From: an uncultured Lachnospiraceae bacterium
GTDB taxonomy: Bacteria; Bacillota; Clostridia; Lachnospirales; Lachnospiraceae
Length of the DNA stretch: 64,000 nt
NCBI GenBank assembly: GCA_946540235.1
Contig: CAMNID010000044.1
Coordinates: forward strand, 89,389-153,388
Direction: 5' to 3'
A program made the position numbers and the translations under genes. How positions within the stretch are numbered: the first letter of the stretch is position 1; each line of letters begins with the position of its first letter. Below, piece after piece: positions 56,861-64,000 of the stretch. A model generated the notes under the pieces. The model was not told the DNA's origin. It was given only the letters and a program-made list of their open reading frames with translations, and searched no databases.

Positions 56861-57432
56861 ATCCCCATAAATGCCCTCACTGAAATCTCATGCTTGGATT
56901 CCAGGATAATATAGTAAAGAATATCCTTCCGCAGCACTGCCTCATAAAGGATGGCACCCTGGTCCCTGCCCAGGCCGGCCTCCCTGATTTCAAAGGGGGC
57001 CTTGGCCGACCGGATCAGAATCTCATCCGGATAGTCTGTGGCACAGAAAAGAATGTCCTGGTCTTCTATAAAATAAGTGAAGTCCTTGCCGGAGGGATGT
57101 CTTCCAAACATGAGTATCCGGTCCAGAGGAAGACTGCCCTTTCTGAACCTGCCATCATTGAGAACAGCCGAGCAGCCGCCGAAGGCCGCCCCGTGGGTGA
57201 TCAGAAGATCCATCCTGAAAACCCTCCGGCTCTGAATCCTTTCTTCCTCCATCTTCTGGCGATGGACTCTCTCCCGCTCCCTGCGCTCCTCACCGGCAAG
57301 CTGGAGGGCCTGGCCGTACAGGTGGCTGGACCTCATCCCGCGGGACTGACTGATCACATAATAAATATATCCATATAAGGTCAGCAGGCTGGCTGCCGCC
57401 AGGCTGACCTGTGTCATAATCATCCATCCCAT
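56857..57432 (-). CDS. Membrane-anchored protein, TM-coil-degenerate FHA-like; first gene of the accessory locus
   Basis: N-terminal TM, ERRERER coil and ILMFGRHP; same layout as 51170-51841. GAGGAG RBS. Confidence 0.55.
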   Translation of the reverse strand: MGWMIMTQVSLAAASLLTLYGYIYYVISQSRGMRSSHLYGQALQLAGEERRERERVHRQKMEEERIQSRRVFRMDLLITHGAAFGGCSAVLNDGRFRKGSLPLDRILMFGRHPSGKDFTYFIEDQDILFCATDYPDEILIRSAKAPFEIREAGLGRDQGAILYEAVLRKDILYYIILESKHEISVRAFMGM

Positions 57433-57462
57433 CAGAATACTCCTCTGCTTTCAGCTTCGCTG

Positions 57463-57501
57463 CTTCCCGGCATTCCGGCTTTACCTTCCCGGCATTCCGG
57501 C
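57463..57501 (-). repeat. 17-bp direct repeat x2 (22-bp period) in the locus 5' UTR
   Basis: CTTCCCGGCATTCCGGC at 57463 and 57485. Confidence 0.85.
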
Positions 57502-57558
57502 CTTATGTCTTACAGACTGGGACCACCGGTCATACAGGCCCCTGTGCTTATGCTTATG

Positions 57559-57587
57559 ATACTACTGGTCCCGGTCCCGGGTGTCAA
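57559..57587 (-). promoter_or_regulatory. SigA-type promoter for the accessory locus
   Basis: Minus strand TTGACA-17 bp-TAGTAT. Confidence 0.7.
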
Positions 57588-57617
57588 ATTCTCACTTTAT
57601 CCGACTTTTCCGCAGGC

Positions 57618-58556
57618 CTAGCGGTCCTGCCGCCACAGGTAGTCAGGGTAAATGCTTCCCTTCATAGCCGTAATGGCTTCCGTCACGGAGGCCTTATCCT
57701 CCGGATAGGTCACACCAAACCACTTATCATCGGTCTCAAGAACCTCTACCACTGCCCGGTCTTCATTGAGGAGATCTTCTACCACACTGGGCAGAAAATA
57801 CTCACATTTGACAGGGTTTTCGGCAAAACCTTTTTCAAGAAAAGCGGGAAACTTTTCTTCCAGGGCGTCTAAAAAACTCCGGGAAAAGCCCCAGCAGTTC
57901 ATGGAAACCGGGGTACCGTCAGGAATGACAGTCCAGCTGGCCCCGTCATCCAGGGTATAGGCGGCTTCCCCATTGACCTTTTCAATCCGGGTACGCTCCA
58001 CAATCTCTGTCAGCCGGGACTCTTCATCAGTCTGGCAGACACCCCGGGACACATATCCGTTCTCTGTGACCGTATTTTCAATATGAAAACCAACCATGCA
58101 GTAGCGGTATTTCTCATCGTCCTGGTGGCTGGTCAGATAATCATAAAGAAGGGAAAATGCCTCCACTCCATAATAATCATCGGCATTGATGACCGCAAAG
58201 GGGCCGTCAACCAGATCTTTACAGCACAGAACCGCATGACCTGTCCCGTAAGGTTTCTGCCGGCCTTCAGGAATCTCAAAGCCTTCCGGCAGACAGTCAA
58301 GCTCCTGAAAGGCGTAAGCTACCTCCATGCTGCCTGCCATCTCCCTGCCGATTTTCTCCACAAATTCCTTCTCAATGGCATGCTTGATAATAAAAACCAC
58401 TTTTTTAAAGCCCGCCCTCTTAGCGTCGTAAACGCTGAAATCCAGAATAACGTGCCCCTGCTCATCCACCGGGTCCAGCTGCTTTAAACCGCCATAACGA
58501 CTCCCCATTCCCGCTGCCAGCACCAGCAGGGCCGGTTCTTTTCCATTTTTATTCAT
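57618..58556 (-). CDS. Sugar-phosphate nucleotidyltransferase
   Basis: LVLAAGMGSRYGGLKQ, KPYGTGHA, INADDYYG, SMNCWGF and WFGVTY motifs. Confidence 0.88.
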   Translation of the reverse strand: MNKNGKEPALLVLAAGMGSRYGGLKQLDPVDEQGHVILDFSVYDAKRAGFKKVVFIIKHAIEKEFVEKIGREMAGSMEVAYAFQELDCLPEGFEIPEGRQKPYGTGHAVLCCKDLVDGPFAVINADDYYGVEAFSLLYDYLTSHQDDEKYRYCMVGFHIENTVTENGYVSRGVCQTDEESRLTEIVERTRIEKVNGEAAYTLDDGASWTVIPDGTPVSMNCWGFSRSFLDALEEKFPAFLEKGFAENPVKCEYFLPSVVEDLLNEDRAVVEVLETDDKWFGVTYPEDKASVTEAITAMKGSIYPDYLWRQDR

Positions 58557-58817
58557 ATCTTGTCACTCACTTTCTTTTCCTCCTAAGAGGCCTTATCACA
58601 TTCATAAATGTATTTTCCCATATCACGGACAAAACATCAAGGGACTGTTGGGTCCTGGTCTGACATAAATTTTTTAATAATTCATTATTTATTTATAAAT
58701 ATTTATAGATTATTTATTTTTTTCTTAGGATAAATCCAAATTTTTATTATTATTTTGTTGTCTAAAAGTAAAAATACCTTTATAATAGAAGGAGAAATGT
58801 GGAGAGGGGAAAAGCAT

Positions 58818-59651
58818 ATGAAACAACTTCGATATACCATTCAGCAATATAATTTATTTTCTAAGACGCAGATTAAGTTGTCTCATGCCAACCTCTATCA
58901 CTGCGAAGACAATAATTACGACATTTTCCCAGGATACCCATATTCTAAGCTTCTCTATGTTCTTAACGGGTCCGGACAGTTTATCTGTGATGGTACCTGT
59001 GTTCCTGTAAAAGAAAAAGATTTTATCATCACCAACCCCCACAAACACCGTTTTTCCATAGAAGTTGACCATGACTCTCTTGACTTTGTCATCCTGGGTA
59101 TTGAAAACCTGAATTTTATTATTGATGACGAACCTATGAGAGAGGCCATCCGGGGAGTAAGTCTCGACAGTCCTGTTGCCGATGCTCTGATGACTTATCT
59201 GATTCAGGAGATCCAGGAACAGAAAAAAGAGTATGAGGCTATATGTAACTATTATCTGAATGTTATTCTGATTGAACTGCACCGCCATACCAACATTTTC
59301 TGCAATATATCCACCAAGGAAAAGAAGGCCAGGGATTGCCGTTTTGTCAGGGATTATCTGGACAAACATTTCCGGGAAAATATCACTCTTGATCTTCTCT
59401 CTGAAAAGAGCAGCATGAATAAGTATTATCTCGTTCATTCCTTTACAAAGAATTTCGGATGTTCACCCATCAATTACCTGAATGAAAAAAGAATTGAAGA
59501 GAGCAAAAGGCTTTTAGAGACCACCAATTACTCCATTGCGGAGATTGCAGACCAGATTGGTTTTTCTTCCCAATCTTACTTCTCCCAGTCCTTTAAGAAA
59601 AATACTTATATGACACCTAATGAGTACCGCCGGTCTACCCGGCTCCTGTAA
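58818..59651 (+). CDS. AraC-family transcriptional regulator
   Basis: Cupin N-domain; NITLDLL...NKYYLVHSF...RIEESKRLL...FSSQSYFSQSFKK. Start may instead be 58797. Confidence 0.92.
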   Translation: MKQLRYTIQQYNLFSKTQIKLSHANLYHCEDNNYDIFPGYPYSKLLYVLNGSGQFICDGTCVPVKEKDFIITNPHKHRFSIEVDHDSLDFVILGIENLNFIIDDEPMREAIRGVSLDSPVADALMTYLIQEIQEQKKEYEAICNYYLNVILIELHRHTNIFCNISTKEKKARDCRFVRDYLDKHFRENITLDLLSEKSSMNKYYLVHSFTKNFGCSPINYLNEKRIEESKRLLETTNYSIAEIADQIGFSSQSYFSQSFKKNTYMTPNEYRRSTRLL

Positions 59652-59720
59652 AATGGCGGTTTGACCGGTCCGGCTTAACAAGAAGCAGCGGGGTTTTAAA
59701 CCATAAATCCCCGCCTCACT

Positions 59721-59772
59721 TGAACTGACTCCCAAAAGTTAGAAACTCATCTAGCTTTTGGGGGTCAGTTTA
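59721..59772. mobile_element. Fused pair of IS3/IS150-like terminal inverted repeats (52-bp MITE-like remnant)
   Basis: TGAACTGACTCCCAAAAGTTAGA and TCTAGCTTTTGGGGGTCAGTTTA (20/23 match), separated by 6 nt. Resembles IS3-family ends by recall; no transposase. Confidence 0.55.
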
Positions 59773-59890
59773 TTCTTTCTATTTATTTTATAATCAGCAC
59801 TTTTTAAAAGCGGCACCCTTAAAAACCAGCATTATTAAAAGCATCCTTGCCGGCAGCTTCCTATCCTGATGAATCCCCACAGGCAAACAA

Positions 59891-60946
59891 TTACATCAGT
59901 TCTCTTGAAAGGGCAAAGGCCAGACATATGAGACAGCCGGTGACCATATGCCAGTCAGGCCCGGTCCAGCCAGGGACAGAAGGATCCTCCCCTGCCGCTT
60001 GGCCCTCCTTGCCCGTCGGAGTCTTCCCCAGGGTCTTCATCAAAAAAAGGATGGCAAGGAAACAGAGGACTGCCACAAGAAAACCTGTCCCTATGGAGGC
60101 AGGGAGCAGGTGCCCCTTTTCATAAAGAACCGGTGTCAAGGGATAATAGGAGCCTATATGGACGGACAGGAGTCCCTGGACCAGACTGCTTTCCAGCAGG
60201 CTTGTCACCAGGACGGACAGCCCGTTAAAGACAAAATGCATGCCCATAGTCAGGGTCAGGTTGCCAGTGACCAGGATTACGGTACTGAGCAGCATCCCCG
60301 CCGCAAAGGCATAGATCATCTGGTTAAAATTCATATGCATGAGAGCAAAAAGCAGGGCTGTCACCAGGGCCGCCTTCCGGCCGGCCCCCATGCCCTGGAA
60401 AAGAATTCCTCTGAAGAGAGTCTCTTCCATCAGGGCAGGCATGAGCGCAAAGATCAGCAGAGATCCCGGAATATTCTGACCGACTGCCGTCAGTGATTCG
60501 CCTACATAGTTTCTGAAAACCACCTCAGACCAGGCATTAAAATAGGCACAGAAAAAATACATGAGGCAGCCTGAAAGCAGCATGGCCATAAGCTGCAGGG
60601 GCCCCACTGGTCTGATCCGGCAATATTTTCCCAGGGAAATGTAATTCTTTGCCCGAAGCCAGAGAATCAGGTCCATCTCCACCATCAGCAAGAGCATGCT
60701 GGCCCTGTAGCCTGAAGGCAGTCCCCAGGTAACCAGGTAAAAGAAAAGCGGTACCGCTATCCCACCGGCTGCCGCCTGGTACCATTTTCCCCCTCCGGCC
60801 AGCCAGCCGGCCCCAAGGCCGATGCCAAGGCAGACCAAAAGGCTGCCCCCCGAGATAATCTGGGCATAAGCCGCCAGCAAAGACCCGCCGATATGGATCA
60901 GGACCGCCAGCAGCCATATTCTGTTAACATCTTTTATAGAAACCAT
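59891..60946 (-). CDS. CPBP (CAAX/Abi) intramembrane metalloprotease
   Basis: EETLFRG, FALMH and HFVFN motifs; multi-TM. Confidence 0.88.
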   Translation of the reverse strand: MVSIKDVNRIWLLAVLIHIGGSLLAAYAQIISGGSLLVCLGIGLGAGWLAGGGKWYQAAAGGIAVPLFFYLVTWGLPSGYRASMLLLMVEMDLILWLRAKNYISLGKYCRIRPVGPLQLMAMLLSGCLMYFFCAYFNAWSEVVFRNYVGESLTAVGQNIPGSLLIFALMPALMEETLFRGILFQGMGAGRKAALVTALLFALMHMNFNQMIYAFAAGMLLSTVILVTGNLTLTMGMHFVFNGLSVLVTSLLESSLVQGLLSVHIGSYYPLTPVLYEKGHLLPASIGTGFLVAVLCFLAILFLMKTLGKTPTGKEGQAAGEDPSVPGWTGPDWHMVTGCLICLAFALSRELM

Positions 60947-61944
60947 TATACTAACTTAATTCCCTCATCCGTAATCAGTATTTTCTTCATCTTGTAAAGC
61001 CGGCCTATGGCCCTTTTAAATTCATTCTTGCTCATGGCAAATTCCCCGCGGATCTCTTCCGGGGAGGACTTGTCATGGTAGGGAAGGCTGCCGCCGTATT
61101 CCTGCAGCTTCTCCATAATCTTCCGGGAATCCTCATCAATCTGCAGATAGGCTTTTTTCCTGAGGCTGAGGTTGAGCTTGCCATCCTCCCGCACATCCAT
61201 GACACGGCAGTCCACTTCCTGGCCGATATAGGTCCTGCGGACCAGCTCCTTCTGGGGAATCATACCCACATAAAGCCGGTCGACTGCCACAAAGCAGCCA
61301 TATTCCGGATTCATGCCAAAGACAATCCCCTGCACCTGGTCATCCGCCTTGTAGGGGGAATCTGTCCTGAGGAAATCATAAACCTTCATGGTCGCACAGA
61401 GCCTGTCACTTTTATCCACATAGAGAGACACTAGATACTTGTCTCCCTTCTGTACCTTTTTCGTCTGCTCACTGAAGGGCAGCAGCAGGTCTTTCTCCAG
61501 ACCCCAGTCCAGAAAAGCCCCGATTCCCGTAACCTCTCTAACCTCCAGGACTGCCAAGCCTCCCAGCTCCAGCATGGGCATTCTGACGGTGGCAATCAAC
61601 CTGTCCTCAGAATCCCTGTAGACGAAGACTTCTATCTGGTCCCCGACAGCCAGACCTTGAGGAACCTGTCTGGCCGGAAGCAGCACGCAGTTATCCTTTT
61701 TGTCCTGCTTTCCCGGTCTACTCTGGTCTGGTCTTCTTCCCTTGTTCCTGAACTCCTGTCCCGTCCTGGGGTCCCTGTCCCCGGCTCTTCTTCCCCTCCT
61801 GTCCCGGTCCCTGCCGGTCTCTTTTCTGTAGGAAACCCGTCCTGCGTCTGCCTGGTCTGCGTCCGGCAGACGGTCAGACAGGTATACACCAAAATCCGTC
61901 TTATGATCCATATAGAGGGTCTGCTTTCTTCCAAGTTCTATCAT
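60946..61944 (-). CDS. cvfB: CvfB-family S1 RNA-binding protein with an Arg/Asp-rich insert
   Basis: DFGVYL, VFVYRDSEDRLIAT, IGAFLDWGLEKDLLLPFSEQ and SKNEFKRAIGRLYK motifs. Confidence 0.88.
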   Translation of the reverse strand: MIELGRKQTLYMDHKTDFGVYLSDRLPDADQADAGRVSYRKETGRDRDRRGRRAGDRDPRTGQEFRNKGRRPDQSRPGKQDKKDNCVLLPARQVPQGLAVGDQIEVFVYRDSEDRLIATVRMPMLELGGLAVLEVREVTGIGAFLDWGLEKDLLLPFSEQTKKVQKGDKYLVSLYVDKSDRLCATMKVYDFLRTDSPYKADDQVQGIVFGMNPEYGCFVAVDRLYVGMIPQKELVRRTYIGQEVDCRVMDVREDGKLNLSLRKKAYLQIDEDSRKIMEKLQEYGGSLPYHDKSSPEEIRGEFAMSKNEFKRAIGRLYKMKKILITDEGIKLV

Positions 61945-61991
61945 ATTCTATCACCAATTTCTTTCTGAATTATTATCTTTACCCTATTTCC

Positions 61992-62738
61992 CTATCCCTG
62001 CTTTTCTGACTGGTCCTTCTTATAAAACTCCACAAGGCAGAGCAGTTCTCCGTCCTGATTGTGGAACTTAATCCTTGTCTTATCCTCTTCCTGGCAGCGA
62101 TAGACCCTGAGCTGGTCCCTGTATTGGGCAGCCTTCCTGTAATCGATCCGGACCCGGTCAGGAAACTCCCGGTCAGAGAGCAGGCTCTCGGCCCAGAGCA
62201 TATAGAAATTATTATTGACATGGTTGTTGGTATCCAGATAATACTTTGTCACTTCTATAATATCTTCTTCCTGCCAGTCCCCTTTGGCGTCGATTTTCCG
62301 GGAGATACTGCACTCATAGTCAACCGGTTCAGGGATATATCTTTTCTCCAGGTCCATGGGAATCTTACAGGGGAGCATATTCTCCGTATTCATGTAGATC
62401 CAGAGTGACTCCCCATCGGCTATGCAGGTCCCTTCTTTGTCCTGGAGAGTAAACCGCCGGTAGCCATAGTAGCGGCGCATACGAATTGCCTCGGTTGTGA
62501 TGACAAGATCCTCATGCAGCCGGGCTGTCCTGGAAAAACGAATATCGTAGCTTATCAGGTACCAGGCCCTGTTCATCTTGAACTCCTCATAAACCCCATC
62601 CCCCAGCAAGTCTGACTGCAGGGTACTGCAATCCTGGAAATAGTCCAGAATCTGGTGGGGCGGAACAATTCCGTGCCTGTTAACTTCACTGTATCTGACC
62701 TTGATAGGCATCTCAAATCTCATCTTTTTCTCCTTCAC
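61992..62738 (-). CDS. Acyl-ACP thioesterase
   Basis: VRYSEV, LDYFQDC, WYLISYDI and LDTNNHVNN motifs; double hot-dog layout. Confidence 0.88.
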   Translation of the reverse strand: MKEKKMRFEMPIKVRYSEVNRHGIVPPHQILDYFQDCSTLQSDLLGDGVYEEFKMNRAWYLISYDIRFSRTARLHEDLVITTEAIRMRRYYGYRRFTLQDKEGTCIADGESLWIYMNTENMLPCKIPMDLEKRYIPEPVDYECSISRKIDAKGDWQEEDIIEVTKYYLDTNNHVNNNFYMLWAESLLSDREFPDRVRIDYRKAAQYRDQLRVYRCQEEDKTRIKFHNQDGELLCLVEFYKKDQSEKQG

Positions 62739-62990
62739 TCATATTTTTTTAACCGGGCAGCCTTCAGAACAACAAGAAAAAGTACTCTTGCGGACTTTCG
62801 CCTCCTGCGCGGTCACGCCAATGCCATAATACCTATGCACCAGAGGGAACTTCCCGGATGGTATTTCATTTATGCTACTTCCCCTTTTGGTAATTCCCTG
62901 ATTTTCCACAAATAAAAAAGGACCCCGCAATGTTTATAACTGTAACAGAATCCTTTAAATAGTTCAACTATAAAATTAAGCATAAAACCT

Positions 62991-63308
62991 TTAAATAAAA
63001 CGGTTTTTCCTCTCCTGTTCCTCCTGGATCACCATCTTCATGGAAGTCTCAACAGCGGAGGTCTCTCCGAAGAAAGCAAGTGTAGTAATGTGCTGAGGAC
63101 AGCTTCCGTTAATCTCTACCGGATAAACGTTGCTGGTCTTGGCAACGCGGTCCGCATAATAGAGAATACTTGCCACAGTTGTCTGGAACAATCCAATCGC
63201 ATTAAACTTTCTCTCTTCCAGCTCTTTCCTGCTCTCGGCATTCATCTTACGGTAAAACATCTGTAAAGAAAGCTTTCCCGGATTATAAATAATACGTGCT
63301 TCAGCCAT
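62991..63308 (-). CDS. BMC-domain-like (microcompartment shell-type) protein
   Basis: AIGLFQ...YADRVAKTSNV..VEINGSCPQHITTLAFFGETSAVE matches, by recall, a BMC-H subtype seen in glycyl-radical microcompartment loci. Confidence 0.6.
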   Translation of the reverse strand: MAEARIIYNPGKLSLQMFYRKMNAESRKELEERKFNAIGLFQTTVASILYYADRVAKTSNVYPVEINGSCPQHITTLAFFGETSAVETSMKMVIQEEQERKNRFI

Positions 63309-63610
63309 AATTCAAACCCCTTCTACATTAAACCGGAAACCTTAGGTCCCCTTAAATCATATATTTATCATCCTTGTAAATTCTTGTTGTCAAAAAATTA
63401 TTTATAAAAATGATAGCATATAAGAATCAGTTTTTCAATGTACTTTATTGGTCACTAGAGCTTTTTTCTTAAAGCCCGGCCAGCGGGCTCAAAAAGCAGT
63501 GGCAATAACTGCCGGACCCGGCCTGGAAGCCTCCGTCTGGATTCGGAATGTCTCTGTCATAATCCGGAACTTCTCCATCTGAATCCGGAAATCTCCGGTT
63601 TCCGGGCAAA

Positions 63611-63650
63611 GAAAAAGGTCGTTTTCACGATAAATGGAAACGACCTTTCT
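63611..63650 (-). terminator. Terminator of the tRNA operon
   Basis: AAAGGTCGTTT/AAACGACCTTT stem followed by a U-run on the minus strand. Confidence 0.75.
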
Positions 63651-63652
63651 TA

Positions 63653-63724
63653 CAGCGCTACCAGGATTCGAACCTGGAAATGCCGGAATCAGAATCCGGT
63701 GCCTTACCATTTGGCGATAGCGCT
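63653..63724 (-). tRNA. tRNA-Gln (CTG)
   Basis: Cloverleaf: acceptor AGCGCTA/TAGCGCT, anticodon loop TTCTGAT, TTCGAAT T-loop. Confidence 0.97.
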
Positions 63725-63747
63725 ATACCTGAAATATGTTCAGGGAA

Positions 63748-63821
63748 CGTGGGCAAGAGGATTCGAACCCCCGACCTTCTGGTCCGTAGCCAGACGCTCT
63801 ATCCAGCTGAGCTATGCCCAC
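63748..63821 (-). tRNA. tRNA-Arg (ACG)
   Basis: Acceptor GTGGGCA/TGCCCAC, anticodon loop CTACGGA. Confidence 0.97.
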
Positions 63822-63835
63822 AAATATTTAAATGA

Positions 63836-63921
63836 TGCCGGTGATCGGAATCGAACCGATACGGGAGATTAGTCCCGCAGGATTTTAAGTCCTGTGCGTC
63901 TGCCAGTTCCGCCACACCGGC
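63836..63921 (-). tRNA. tRNA-Leu (TAA)
   Basis: Acceptor GCCGGTG/CACCGGC, anticodon loop CTTAAAA, long variable arm. Confidence 0.97.
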
Positions 63922-63927
63922 ATATAG

Positions 63928-64000
63928 TGGGACCTATAGGGCTCGAACCTATGACCCTCTGCTTGTAAGGCAGATGCTCTCCCAGCTGAGCTAAGATCCC
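63928..64000 (-). tRNA. tRNA-Val (TAC)
   Basis: Acceptor GGGATCT/AGGTCCC, anticodon loop CTTACAA. Confidence 0.97.

Noticed and set aside
43077-57432. Prophage/ICE origin of the accessory locus
   Set aside because: No integrase, relaxase, phage genes or flanking direct repeats were seen, and there is no obvious compositional break by eye (not computed).
62739-62930. 63-aa ORF upstream of the thioesterase, and a riboswitch-like look of the same region
   Set aside because: No RBS or motif, it overlaps the upstream terminator, and it does not match any riboswitch consensus I recall.

Overview
This is a 64-kb chromosomal segment from a Clostridia/Lachnospiraceae-like Firmicute (taxon inferred from gene content). 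Most of it is housekeeping. In order it carries: a MacAB-like efflux pair, dapL, dapF, glnA, queH, rho with a long repeat insert, a radical SAM gene, an L,D-transpeptidase, an amino-sugar/GT2/ATP-grasp cassette, tig-clpP-clpX-lon-engB, an LTA synthase, sortase B, cobU, a second L,D-transpeptidase, parE-parC, murF, a nucleotidyltransferase with a divergent AraC regulator, cvfB, a thioesterase, an orphan BMC-like gene and four tRNAs. The standout is a ~14.4-kb, tightly coupled 12-gene locus (43077-57432). It joins a Zn-ribbon TRAFAC GTPase and a membrane-anchored GAP1-N2-like protein, a tandem-HTH protein, two TM-coil-FHA(-like) proteins, an intact SEDS + class B PBP pair and a PP2C/kinase/vWA set. 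It also holds a pseudokinase-vWA-like fusion and a kinase-fold gene embedded on the opposite strand. It looks like a hybrid of a GTPase-centred/TerY-P-type conflict system and an actinobacterial-style FHA-PP2C-RodA-PbpA-kinase wall-synthesis module. Other signals: tandem duplications spanning the stop codons of three genes, several unassigned structured intergenic elements, and a fused pair of IS3-like ends. All family assignments come from motif reading and recall; no database searches were run.
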